A stretch of DNA of 64,000 nucleotides from Pristiophorus japonicus (taxonomy: Eukaryota): NCBI RefSeq assembly GCF_044704955.1, contig NC_091992.1:105338001-105402000 (forward strand), read 5' to 3'. Below are positions 38,339 to 50,292 of this stretch, piece by piece. Positions within the stretch are counted from its first letter, which is position 1; every line of letters begins with the position of its first letter. Both the position numbers and the translations under genes were made by a program. The notes beneath the pieces are model-generated. The model had not been told where the DNA came from, did no database searches, and saw nothing but the letters and a program-made list of their open reading frames with translations.

Positions 38339-39467
38339 CTAGAAAAATCAATTAGAGAAAATTTTAAATGTTGCATGTATTTTCCAATTTATTCACATTC
38401 AGCAATAAGAATTATAAACAAAGTATAAAACCTTAACAATGAGATTTAGCACAAAAATTGGGTGTTAGTCATCTTAAAAGTTCCAACTGCAGACAATGTT
38501 TCTTATGTTATAACAAGGTGCTACACATTGGATTTTGTGGTAAGTTTAAGCAGCACATTTCAGTAAGAATAAGATGCAAGCAAAAGCAAAAATATTACAG
38601 GTGATAAAATGCCTAACATCACTCAAATCTACTCCAATCATTCAGCTTGTTGACGCAGGTAGCTGTGCCATAGAGGCCAAGAATATCCCAGGTTCAATCC
38701 CCAGTTTATGCTGAGTGAGCTGATCCCAAGCCCCATATCTATGAGACAAAAAATTGATACTGTACGTATTTTGTTTCAAGGTTTATTACTACACTAGCAA
38801 CAGCATCAAGATGTCACACAATTACCAGCATTGCTGAAGCAAAACTTATCACTATTACACTATTTTGTGGCAGCTATTCTTTGGTGAGGGATAAGGAGTC
38901 ATCGTCTAGAAGGCATGTTTCACTCATGGCTAGGATGTCAATAGATTCATCATGATGAGGTCGTGGAAGGGGAAGGTGTTGTTCTTGAGGGCAATGCAGA
39001 GCTTGGCAAATGGTTCCTCATTGCCAGACTCAGGAACAATGGAAGAGACAAGGGATGAGATGGAGGTTAGAAAAGCTAACTCCTCTTCAAAATCCCATTA
39101 TCTTCAAATCACTTTAGCCTATTTCTTCGGGACCTTCTTCAAATACATCACTTTCAGTCACCTCTCCCACCATAGTTTGGCATCAGTTCCTTTTCAGTTT
39201 CCCCTTTGGAAAGTACCAGGGAATGTTGAAGTCAATGCAGTTAACTACGAAGCAGCTTAACTTCCTACTAAAATTAACACTCAACCATGTTATGAAAACA
39301 CACAAGTTATGTTATAGGCAGTGGAATTCTGTTTGATTTCCTCTCAGGACAAATATATCATTAGTTGCAAAAAAAAAAGGCAGTCGAGAATAAAAGAAAC
39401 AATACAATATTCCTTTCTATCCTAGCACAGCAGCATAGAATAGGTTTTGTAAACTTTAAATCTTTAC

Positions 39468-39705
39468 CTTCAGGCTCATAAAACACATCAGATCCCAGAA
39501 TGACGTCTATCTGTGGCAACAGCAGTAGGTCAGGAGATATTTTCCCCCAGGTTAGACCAATGACAGGCACATCTTCAAGGTTATTAATCTGGCAACTTCG
39601 ACGACAGTTATCCAAGCAATTCTGAAGCTCTGCATCATCCGATAAAATTACTTTGGCACCACATTTTGCCGCCACTATACCAGGTAAGCTTGCACCAGCT
39701 CCAAT
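39468..39705 (-). CDS. METTL23: METTL23 coding exon 3 (SAM-binding motif I, DVFY motif)
   Basis: IGAGASLPGIVAAKCGAKVILSD...LTWG...GSDVFYEPE; 238 nt; AG/GT boundaries. Confidence 0.96.
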
Positions 39706-40419
39706 CTGATTGAAAATGCAAACAATTAATACCTGCACCATTGCCTAATGATATAAAATAATTTATGTTTATTGATACAATAAAGAATATCCAATTTACT
39801 GTGATTTAAAAGTATTACTGCTTTTTATTTGCAAATTGAATCATAAATCTTTTAGAAATGTCAATTAACTTAGCAGGCTGAGCAACAGGTAACAAAAAAT
39901 GCCGGAGTAATAATCTTTTTTGGGGGGGAAAACACTTGCATTAGAAAAGCACTAATCTACACCCATTATTTTTTTTTACATAAACATTCAACACTTTAAT
40001 AATAAAAAGTTAAAATGTACTTTCAATTTTAAGAATTCCAGTGCAATCTTCCTTGAGCATTGGACAAAGAAATGACAAATTAATGCAACTGGTTTACTTT
40101 TAAAAAAATATCAACTGGCCATACTTAGTTTGATTTTTTTTGAGAGAATTTGCCAGTTTTGCTGACGTTTTAGTCGAAACTTAGTAAATAAATTTCTCAT
40201 TCGTAACTATTTGTATTCTGTAGCATTAGTCTTTAAGACACTTCGGTCTTGACCAGCAGAGGGCACTTTCTTTTCACAACTATTATGTAGCAAAACGCAA
40301 AAGGAATAGTCCAACAAATGAGCCTGATAGGTTAATGGGCATTATCTCAGAAGTTTCCACCTATTCCACCTGTGCATGAAATACTATTGTATAATCAAAA
40401 TAAAGTTAATTTATTTTAC

Positions 40420-40524
40420 CTCTAAAATGGTCTTTCCTCTTACTGAACTTCTGTAAAACCACGTGTATTGTGCCAGAACCACAGCACTTGGCCATATGTA
40501 CATACCATATTGGGGATCCAGTAC
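40420..40524 (-). CDS. METTL23: METTL23 coding exon 2
   Basis: cttcttcAG acceptor, VLDPQYGMYIWPSAVVLAQYTWFYRSSVRGKTILE, GTAAAA donor; 105 nt. Confidence 0.95.
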
Positions 40525-40539
40525 CTGAAGAAGCAACAA

Positions 40540-41270
40540 TAATTTGCAGTTATATAGCACCTTTAACGTGGTAAAACATCCCAAGACACTTCACAGGAGC
40601 GTAATCAGGCAGAAATTGACAACGAGTCAAAGAGGGAGACCAAACACTTGGTCAAAGAGATAGGTTTTAAGCAGCCTCTTAGAGGAGAGGTGGTGAGACA
40701 AAGTGGTTTGTGGAGGGAATTCCAGAGTTTAGGGACTAGATGGCTGTAGGGAACGGCTGCCAATGATGGGGAGAAGAAGTGGGGGATGCACAAGAGGCCA
40801 GATGTGGAGGAACACGAGGGTTCTTGTTAGATTGGAGGGTTGGAGGAGGTTACAGAGATAGGGATGGAATCAGTGGCTAGGGAAGAGCCAGAAGACTGCA
40901 GAGATAACTGCGAGGGTGGAAAGAGAAGCGATTGCAGGAGATTCTCTAGCTACGACTGGATAGGCAAGAGTGGAATGAGGCGAGAGCAATTGCACTTTCC
41001 TGGACAGTAGAGGGAGGCGTTGAAGGAGGATGGTGTAGTCAACCGTGTCAAAAGTTGCAGGCAGGTTGAGAAGGATGAGCAGGAATATACACAAGTCACA
41101 GAGAATGTCATTTGAGACTTTGATTAGCGGTGTTTCAGCGCTATGGCAGGCCCAGAAACTAGATTGGAGAGGTTCGAACATGGCATTGCGGGAAAGATAG
41201 GTGACAACACGTTCAACCTCCCCATCCTCGCCAAAGTCCTTGAAGATGGGGCGGTAGTTTGCAAGGACAG
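40540..41270 (-). mobile_element. L2 LINE fragments
   Basis: Reverse strand HSAETPLIKVSNDILC..LLNLPATFDTVDYTILLQRL plus the L2 3' terminus. Confidence 0.8.
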
Positions 41271-41356
41271 AAGGATCATTGTTCTCACTGCTGTTTATGA
41301 GATCTTATGTGCAAACTGTCTTTTTGTGATTACACTTCAAAACAAATGAATTGGCT

Positions 41357-41580
41357 CGGTCAGCCTTGGTTCAGTGTTAGCACTCTCACCTACGAGTCAG
41401 AAAGTCATTGGATTGAAGCCCACGCGAGACACTCGAGAATATTGACACTTTGGTGCAGTACTGAGGATGTGCTGCACTGTCAGAAACGCCATCTTTCAGA
41501 TGAAACGTTGAACCGAGGCCCCATCTGCCCTCTCAGGTAGATGTAAAAGATCCCAGAGCACTCTTTAAAGAAGTGCGGTG
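41357..41580 (+). mobile_element. DeuSINE 5' part
   Basis: tRNA-like head plus CCGAGGCCCCATCTGCCCTCTCAGGTAGATGTAAAAGATCCC. Confidence 0.7.
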
Positions 41581-42474
41581 GAGAGGCTAGAATATTAGGT
41601 CCAATCAAACACGATTGCTTCAGAAAACCACATTGCTGTATCCTTTACTTGTGTTTCTTCATTGAGCCATCTTTCACAAGTAGCAACAAGTTTTACAGTA
41701 CATCCATCAATGAATGGCACAACTCAATTATTCCAAATGATTTACTCCCTAGTTCTGGCTTATATAATCAGATTGTTTAACGTTTGTATAATATGGAATT
41801 GTTCAAACACAGCTTTACAATCACAAATAAACAAGTGTAGTTGATGTCTAGTTAGCATTGTATTACCTTTTTGAATATATATGTAGCCGTCTAAATTAAG
41901 AACTAACCACACCAAGTATTAATAAAGGGAATGCTGAATGCTTCATTAGGTAATACAGTACAATTCTTTTTTCATTTGTGAAGCTGACTAGAACTTACTT
42001 GAAATAAAAATCAGATTACACCGCAAGGCATTTGGTTTCCTCCATGTTTTGCTGAAAGGAAATGCCGTGAGAATTGCCTTATGATTTGGTTTGTCGCAGG
42101 AATATGTTATTCAGTAATGTTAGAACATTCAATCTTTCAAGAAATAGATGTTTCAGGAATTTACTAGCTGTTGGTAAAATTAAATTATTTTATTTACCCT
42201 ACTTGCCAACAATGTTCTTTCTCAATCGCCAATTTTGATGTTGCATTCCACATAAGTCAATAAACTAAATGAACAGCATTCACTCAGAAAAAAAATGATG
42301 TACAATGATTCTAAAATAGAAAAGCAATGTAACGGAGGCTCCTCCGATGGATCAGTGGGCAAGGGCATCCTATAGTATGATCCAAAACCAGCACTCATAC
42401 CATCAACACAAGTAACAACATGAGGAGGGGAGAAAATTGAGGAAATTGATCATCAGAGAGATTTGTGCAAGGTA

Positions 42475-43525
42475 GGTCATGTCTGACAAGCCCAAATAGA
42501 TTTTTTGAAGAGGTGACGAAAGTAGTGGACAGGGGAATGCCTATGGATGTAATTTATATGGACTTCCAGAAGGCATTTGATACAAGTCTCACATAAGAAA
42601 CTAATAACTAAGCTAGAAACCCAGAGTTGAGGGCAAATTATTGACCTGGTTAGGAAATTGGCTGAGCGGCAGGAGACAGAGAGTAGGGATAATGGGCAGG
42701 TACTCAAGTTGGCAGGATGTGGCTTGTGGTGTCCCCCAGGGATCTGTGTTGGGGCCTCAACTATTTACAGTATTTATTAACGACTTAGATGATGGCATAG
42801 AAAATCATATTCAAATTTGCAGATAACACAAGGTTAAGCAACATCGTAGATGAAAGCATAAAATTACATCGGGATATTGATACATTAAGTGAATGGGCAA
42901 AAGTATGGCAAATGGATTTCTTGTAAGCAAATGTGAGGTCATCAACTTTGGACCTAAAAAGCATAGAATAGGGTACTTTCTAAATGGTGAAAAGCTAAAA
43001 ACAGTGGCGGGCCAGAGAGACTTGGGGGTTCAGGTACGTAGATCATTAAAATGTCACGAACAGGTACAGAAAATAATCAAAAAAGCTAATGGAATGCTGG
43101 CCTTTATATCTAGAGGACTTGAGTACAAGGGGGTCGCGGTTATTCTGCAGCAATACAAAACCCTGGTTAGACACACTTGGAGTCCTGTGAGCAGATCTGG
43201 GCACCACATCTTTGGAAGGATATAGTGGCCTTGGAGGGTGTGCAGCGTAGGTTTACCAGAATGATACCCAGACTTCAACGGTTAAGTTACAAGGCGAAAC
43301 TACACAAATTAGAATTGTATTCCCTAGAATTTAGAAGGTGATCTGATCAAAGTTTTCAGGATGCTAGATCAATTGTTGGAGATGGATAACTTTTTGTTAA
43401 CCAAAGGTATTAAGGGATATGGGCCAAAAGGCAGATATATGAAGTTAGATCATAGATCAGCAATGATTGAATGGGAGAACAGGCTCGAGGGGCTGAATGG
43501 CCTCCTCTTGATCTTATGTTCCTAA
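42475..43525 (+). mobile_element. CR1 LINE RT to 3' end, decayed
   Basis: [49 protein letters not shown]; CR1 tail. Confidence 0.88.
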
Positions 43526-45124
43526 ATGGTTTTCAATTCAAAAAGTCACCATAAAATCATCCCTCAGGAATTTCCTCTCTCCTCCCCAGCACATAATGTC
43601 CAGAACATAGTGGATTTCTTTGGCTTTTTTTTCTGTAGCAAACCACAAACCAGTTCTTGCACAAGAAAGTGAACATGTCCAGTTCCCAAACAACCAATCA
43701 TTTGCTACAACCTCCCTCACTGTGGAAAAACTGAGAACAAAATTAGCAAAATAAATCATGGGCACAAACCCACATCCAGTTACTTTATGCCACAGCGTGT
43801 TTGAGCATCATCTTGTCAACTCTCAAAGGTAGGACTGCCACCTTTTGCAAACTCCAAAACTGGAGAATCCCCAATTGCACCAGTTTCAATGATATACTTC
43901 ATTCAGGAGCCAGATGAGAATACGTTGAAATGCAGAAAGCCAACAAATTACAGTTCTGTGATGGCCAGTCACATGTTTCATCAGAATTCAGCTCTAATAT
44001 TTTGAAGATGTTGGCACCGGGGACACAGATGCTTTAATTCCACTAAATATAATTGACTTAAAAAGAAAAAAAATGAAAAAACTTCAATCAAACACAAATG
44101 CTTTAAGTGTTAGCACAGAAAAAGGTGGTATATGAATCTTATTTTTTTTAAAGAGACAGCATTAAACTGATAGATATGGGTAGGAAAAGTTATTGACTAA
44201 GGTAAAATGCTCTAAATTCCTACATACTGGTATGGTGTTGAAGCTGCCTCAGTGTAAGCCTTATGTGACACTTCAAATCAACAATGCTTGATAGGGATCG
44301 AAATCAGGGCAGTCAGGGCCACTGGAAATTACAAATGATGGCAAAAAGCGATTTTTTTCTAATTTCTTAGAGAAATTGCAGATCATTGAGAATATGTATT
44401 AGTAATCTTCAATGCTAAAATTGATTGTTTTAAATTGTTAACAATCCATCTCTTGCCAATTCACACTCGCATTCTTCTCCTTCAACCTCCTTAGCTAACA
44501 CGGACACCTTTTTTCTCTCCCCTTCCCCTACAGTTCTTGGCAATCTTCAACCACCTTCCACCACTTTTCCCCCCTCCCCCACCACCTCAAGTTCACATAT
44601 CCAGTCTTCCTCAATTTGTCCGTCACAGCAACTAGCCAGTGCTGCTCTGTTGCCAAACTACTGAGATAAAGATTTCCCACTCACAGCATAGCTAGGGCGA
44701 TAGCTGTCTCATGGCAGCAAGTGCATGGGAACACAGTCACCTCCAAGTTCCCATCCAAGTCACACACAATCCCAATTTAGACATATATCATGGTTCCTTC
44801 ATCACGCTGGGCCAAAATCCTGGCACTCCCTACCTAATACCATTGTGGGAGCACTTCCACCACAGACTACAGCGTTCAAGGTGGTGGCTCACCTTCTCTA
44901 GAGCAATTAGGTATGGGCAGTACATGCCAGCCTTGTCAGATCCAAAGAATTAATAAAAAGAAAATAGTAGCAGCCAGAAGCAGCAGCAATGGACAAGTCC
45001 AAAAGCAGAGGACAACTTTCAGATCTCGCAATAAGAACTCAATCGCATTTTTTCCGCAGCTCTGCATATTTGTTATAGGTATAAATTTTAAAATAATTTG
45101 AAATAAGCTTTAATTTATAAGAAA

Positions 45125-45560
45125 GAAAAAAAACTTGCATTTATATAGCACCTTCACAACTTCAGGATGTCCCAAAGTGCTTCACAGCCAAAGAAGTACT
45201 TGTGAAGTGTAATCACTGTTACAACGTAGAATAACATGGTAGCCAACATTCACGCAGCAGGTCCCACAAACAGCAATGAAATAAATGGCCAGATGATCTA
45301 TTTCACTGAGTTGGTTAATGAATAAACATTGGCCAGAACACCAGAAGAGCTCCCTAGCTCTTCAAATAGTGCCATGGGACCTTTTACGTCCACCTTAGGG
45401 GGCAAATAAGCCCTCGATTTATCATCTCATACCAAAAATCGCACCTCCGACAATGCAGCCTTCCCTCAATACTGAAATGCAGCCTAGATTATGTGCTCAA
45501 GTCTGGATTGGGACTTGAATCCATTCCGACTCAAGAGGGAAAAGTATTACCACTGAGCTA
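45125..45560 (-). mobile_element. DeuSINE, near full length
   Basis: Reverse complement of the 20548-20970 family; another diverged copy lies at ~45895-46260. Confidence 0.75.
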
Positions 45561-45569
45561 TGATCAATA

Positions 45570-45805
45570 CATAGAAACATAGAAAATAGGTGCAGGAGTA
45601 AACCATTCAATATGATCATGGCTGATCATGCAACTTCAGTACCCTATTCCTGCTTTTTCTCTATACTCCTTGATCCCTTTAACCGTAAGGGCCACATCTA
45701 ACTCTCTTTTGAATATATCTAACAAACTAGCCTCAACAATTTTCTGTGGTAGAGAATTCCACAGGTTCACAATTCTCTGAGTGAAGAAGTTTCTCCTCAT
45801 CTCAA
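45570..45805 (-). mobile_element. CR1 3' fragment
   Basis: CATAGAAACATAGAAAATAGGTGCAGGAGTA start; same subfamily tail as the copy ending at 62024. Confidence 0.8.
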
Positions 45806-46644
45806 TTTAGATACCTGGTCACATCTAAAAATATTGTAACATTTAACACAACAAATGACTTGTATGGCAGTGACTATTAAAGAGAGGAGAAAAAAATCCA
45901 CTTTTATATAGGATCTTTAACAGGAAATTCCAAAGTATTTCACATCCAACAAATTACTTTTTTTGAAGAAGAATCACGGTTGTTTTTGTCGGCAAATGTC
46001 GCCGCCAAATTGCAGAGCAAAGCCGCATAAACAGCATATGAGATAAATGACCAATTGAACAGTTTTTGGGGTGTTCTGCGAAGGAGGAACATAAACGAGG
46101 AGACCACGTAATTTCCTGCCCGTCTTCAAGATTATGATTGGGTCATTTTACACCCACTAGAACAGGAGGGTGCAGCCTTGATTTAATTTCTCATCTAAAA
46201 AATACTTTCAAGAATGCAGCACTTCCCCGGGACTACACACTCAAGAGTCGGCCTAGTGACTTCTTTGCAGCCCGCAGAGAAAAGAAATTCATCCCCTCAT
46301 CCTGGGCTGGATCTGCATTGTGAAAGTACATGGTCTAACCCACTACACCGCTCTAGTCTTTGCTCAACACTCTAACTGCCAAATAAAAGTTACTTAGAAC
46401 ATTTCCCAGTTCAACAGCAAGTCGAGTGCGATGCCCAGTTCCACTGGCGGGGGTAGAGTGGCACATTTACAGTGGCTGCTTGAAATGGCGTTCACTCCGT
46501 CTTTCAGATGAGATGTTAAACCGAGGCCCCATCTGCTCTCAGGTGGACGTAAAGAGCCCACTGCACTATTTCGAAGAGCAGGGGAGTTATCCTGGTGTCC
46601 TGGCCAATATTTAGCTCTCAATCAACATCACTAAAAAAAAGATT

Positions 46645-46795
46645 CTCTGGTGAAAACAAAACCAAAACACTGCAGATGCTGGAAATCTGAAATAAAAACA
46701 GAAACTGCTGGATATACTCAGCCAGTCAGGCAACATCTGTGGAAAGAGAAACTGAGTTAACGTTTCAGGTCGATGACCTTTCGTCAGAACTCCAG
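46645..46795 (-). mobile_element. Penelope-like terminal repeat fragment
   Basis: Reverse strand: hammerhead motif followed by CACAGATGTTGCCTGACTGGCTGAG..TTCAGATTTCCAGCATCTGCAG; AGATT on both flanks. Confidence 0.6.
46752..46795 (-). ncRNA. Minimal type I hammerhead ribozyme motif
   Basis: 5'-GAGUU CUGACGA A AGGUC AUC GACCU GAAAC GUU AACUC-3': conserved core, stem I GAGUU/AACUC, stem II AGGUC/GACCU, loopless palindromic stem III. Confidence 0.65.
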
Positions 46796-46851
46796 AGATT
46801 ATCTGATCATTATCACATTGCTGTTTGTGACAGCCTGCTGCCGTATTTCCT

Positions 46852-47198
46852 CTTCTTCTTCTTAGGCGGTCCCTCGTGTCGAGGATGACTTGCTTCCATG
46901 CCAAAAAGGGATGAGTTCACAGGTGTTTCAGTGAATTCCAGGTCCCGAGCTACATGTTGAAGGGTGGTAGATGCCTGTGCGTGGATTTTTTTTTAAGGTG
47001 TGGTAGCTGTTGCACATCAGCCACCACACGGACTTGACAGAGCTAGGTCTTGGTCCAATGGCAAGGATTAACCAAGACAACTGGAGACCAGCTCTGCTGC
47101 ACGGACCAAGTGCACACACATACCGCAGTGTGGGCTGGCCCGTGCTGGCCCTGGGCCCTCGCCCCTTTCTTGGGCCCCGATCACATCCCTCTACGAAC
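46852..47198 (-). mobile_element. RTE-related short element with (AAG)n tail
   Basis: Shares the terminal ~170 bp with 1995-2190; TTTCCT on both flanks. Confidence 0.65.
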
Positions 47199-47481
47199 GT
47201 TTCCTACATTACAAGTGACTACACTTCAAAAAAAAGTACTTCATTGTCTGTAAAAAGCTTTGGGACGTCCATTGGTCGTGAAAGGCGCTGTGAAAATGCA
47301 AGTCTTACTTTTCACTGCAAGCGGGAGACTTCCATTGGTTTATTCTTCAGAGGCTGGGCCGCGGCCTCCAATGAGGGAGAAGGCGCTAAGATCTATGGAG
47401 GAAAATGCGATTTGAACTCATCTTTTCCCCATCTAAAGAACCAACAGCAGCTTTATATATATATTAAAAACAGCCATCCAC

Positions 47482-47577
47482 CTCGGGCACGGACACCTCC
47501 AGCCGCTCCGGGCCAACACTCGGCGGCTCCGCCACAAACACGAACCGCTTGGCGCTGGAAGGCGGCCGGGCGGTCAT
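47482..47577 (-). CDS. METTL23: METTL23 coding exon 1
   Basis: MTARPPSSAKRFVFVAEPPSVGPERLEVSVPE, GAG|GTGGAT donor; 96 nt, phase 0, joins in frame to VLDPQYGMY; lies in the CpG island. Confidence 0.82.
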
Positions 47578-48061
47578 GACGTCACGGACTTCAACTCTGA
47601 CCTCGCAGGCATCGACGTGATCGGGGGGGGGGGGGGGAGGTTCTCTTTACGTCACAAGAGTGGCACACGCGCACCCGACCACCTCACGTTGCGGACCGGC
47701 CAATTAGACGCGCCCAACGTCGCGGACCGGCCAATTAGACGCGCCCAACGTCGCGGACCGGCCAATTAGACGCGCCCAACGTCGCGGACCGGCCAATCAG
47801 CGCTGGGCCTGTGGGCCGGACTTCCTTTGCGGGCTCTGATTGACAGGCCACTGCGGGCGGGCGAGCGAGCGCGGCGTGAAAATTCTGGAAAGCGGCTCTT
47901 TTGCTGCTCGAGTCTCGTGCCCGCTGAGCGTGTGGGCCAAGCCGGCGGTGTGAGCCGGCAGCCGCGTGTGTGTGTGTGTGTCTTTTTCCTCCTTCCTTTC
48001 TTTCACCCCGCCCCCCCTCTTCCCCTGCTCCACAGGGCCCGCGGCTTTAAAAGATTAGGAA
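47578..48061. promoter_or_regulatory. METTL23/JMJD6 bidirectional CpG-island promoter
   Basis: 484 bp between divergent ATGs; CRE TGACGTCA at 47577-47584, TTACGTCA at 47647-47654, four CCAAT boxes and GC boxes. Confidence 0.8.
47686..47797 (+). repeat. 31-bp tandem repeat (~3.6 copies) containing CCAAT
   Basis: Unit ACGTCGCGGACCGGCCAATTAGACGCGCCCA; CCAAT at 47700, 47731, 47762 and 47793. Confidence 0.95.
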
Positions 48062-48190
48062 ATGAATCATAAAACTAAAAAACGAATAAAAGAAGCCAAG
48101 CGCAGTGCTCGGCCCGAGTTAAGGGACTCTTACGACTGGACAAAGCACAACTACCATGAAACTTTCTCTCTGTCCTTTAGCACGGTCAAG
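48062..48190 (+). CDS. JMJD6: JMJD6 coding exon 1
   Basis: [43 protein letters not shown] then GTAAGG; 129 nt. Confidence 0.96.
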
Positions 48191-50292
48191 GTAAGGAGAC
48201 AGGCGGGGGGAGCCGCCTTCACAGCCCGGGGTTGGGGGGAGGGGTGCCCGGGTCTGTTGCTGAGGAGAAAGAGCGAGCAACAGGCCCGGTAACTAGGCAG
48301 CACGTCCCGCACGTACACACACTCCCTCCCGGCCAACAATGCGCCTCCCAGTGGGTGCCCGTCCTGTGCTACGGTGCCACCGGGGGAGCTCAGGCGGCAC
48401 AAGGTGGCCGTGCTTTGGATAGGATGGGATGAGGGAAACAGCTTCCCCACCGATCACCCGGGCCACGGATCGCCACTCCTCTGAGGGAAAGCGGGAGGAA
48501 GGCAGTCCAAATTAAAAAAAAAACATGACTTTTTTTTGGCTTCTACTGGAGAAGTGGCCAGGCTGGGGTTGGAGGAGGAGGCGTCGTAATGGTTTCCTTT
48601 GCGCAGTCTCGAAGGGTCACTGCAGCAACGGCACAAGATGAAATGGGGCAGCACGACGGCCTGTCCCGACCCACCAGCAGCTCCACGCTGTGGTCACCAA
48701 GGAGGTGGCGGCACTGCCTGCCGCAGGGAGTGGTTCTCATTGCAGCCACCTCCGGCCAAGAGTGTTGAGATGCAGGGAAGGGGCCAGTGATTTTTTTTTT
48801 GGGGGGCGGGCGGGGGAACGTGAAGGAAAAGCTGGGTTTGCTGTTCGCCGGGAAATAGTGTGTTATACAGAAGGAAGTTTTAAAGGAACTAGGGTTGGGG
48901 GTGGGTTGTGGCCTCACCATCTGGGGGTGGGTTGTGGCCTCACCATCGAATCTCGAGTTGCAAACTTCAGTGTTCAATTACAACCCGATTGCTTTTGCAA
49001 GTGCGATTGTGATACAGTACCATTTACATAACTTTACCGAACACTTGGGGTAACCCTCCCTTTTCAAGGTCAGTGGTTTCTCTATCGCATTCTACCTTTA
49101 TAATTTGCTACATAGATGTGGGTATTTACTGTGAAGAGTACTGTTTGGACTTGGGTTTGTACTGCAAATCAAGTCAACACACCAATATCCTCAGTGTGTG
49201 TAATGTGACAGTGACAATAACCTGAGGTGCACGAGTCTATTTTGATGCTTATTTCAATCCATCCAGATAAAGCTGACTTCATTGGCCAGTGTCATTTTAC
49301 ATCAAAGTGTCCTTTCAGCCATGCTTAAAAATAGTTATGACTTACGCAAGATCCTTGGCTGCATGGAATTGAATCAGTACCACATAACCATGCTTACTCA
49401 ATTGTAAGCTTATCCAGTTGTACATTAAATCTTTGAGCTGGTGAGTGAATTTGGCAATTACTGTAAAATAAAGCTCTACAATCTGTTCAGTTCAAATTTC
49501 ATTATAAGACTCGGAAGTCCATTAAATTCGATCTTGCGCTGGTGCTGAATGTTGCCATCCACCTTCGTGCCCTGCTCATCCTTCTCACCGCTGATCACTT
49601 CGACTCTGCCAATCATCACCTCTCCAAACAAGGCCCTTATCAGCCATGACCCTATTGTGCATAATGGCCATGATGGAAATTTGGCTCTTGGGTGACCTTG
49701 TCCCTCACTGAAATCTTTCTAGTTGGCTATGCCTTCCACCACCACCTTCCCTGCACAAACTGCTAGGGTGGCATTGTGGCCCTTATCACCAAATCCCTCC
49801 TTGGTGTGTCCCATTACTCCTCTGGTCTCCTTTGAGCACCTCGCCATGCTCCATCCATCTTGTCGGTCCTTTAAAATTCTCATTCTCTACCACCCATCTA
49901 AGCCCCATCCTGTGTTTCACTCCAAGCTAGCTTCACTCCTTTCCTCACTGATCCTCTGCACTGAGCAACTCCTCAACCTCAGTGATTTCAATGCGCCTTG
50001 CCCTCTCTTCGCTCATATTAATGCCACCCTGTCCTCCCTTAACCACTCCCTCCATATAAACTATCCTATCCATATTGATGGCTACCCCCTCATACTTGTC
50101 ATCTTGCAGAGCCACTCTTATTTCCATCGTCTCAGTTCCCATCTCTGAACTCTTCCTTGTATCCTGCACCACTCACAACCCCCTTGCAAACCCACTTTCT
50201 AATGCATTTGTCCCTGGTAAGATCGCTTCCTCCTAGTCATTCGCAACAGAACTTTCAAACTCCCAGCTCTTTGGTCCCTCCATTTGCCACAA

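Larger units (their letters stand above)
46490..47310 (+). mobile_element. DeuSINE split by two nested insertions
   Basis: SINE sequence breaks at AGATT (~46644, resumes ~46796) and at TTTCCT (~46851, resumes ~47200). Confidence 0.75.

Noticed and set aside
47686-47797. CRISPR-like repeats of about 31 bp
   Set aside because: The units are directly adjacent with no unique spacers, there are no cas genes, and the context is a eukaryotic promoter.
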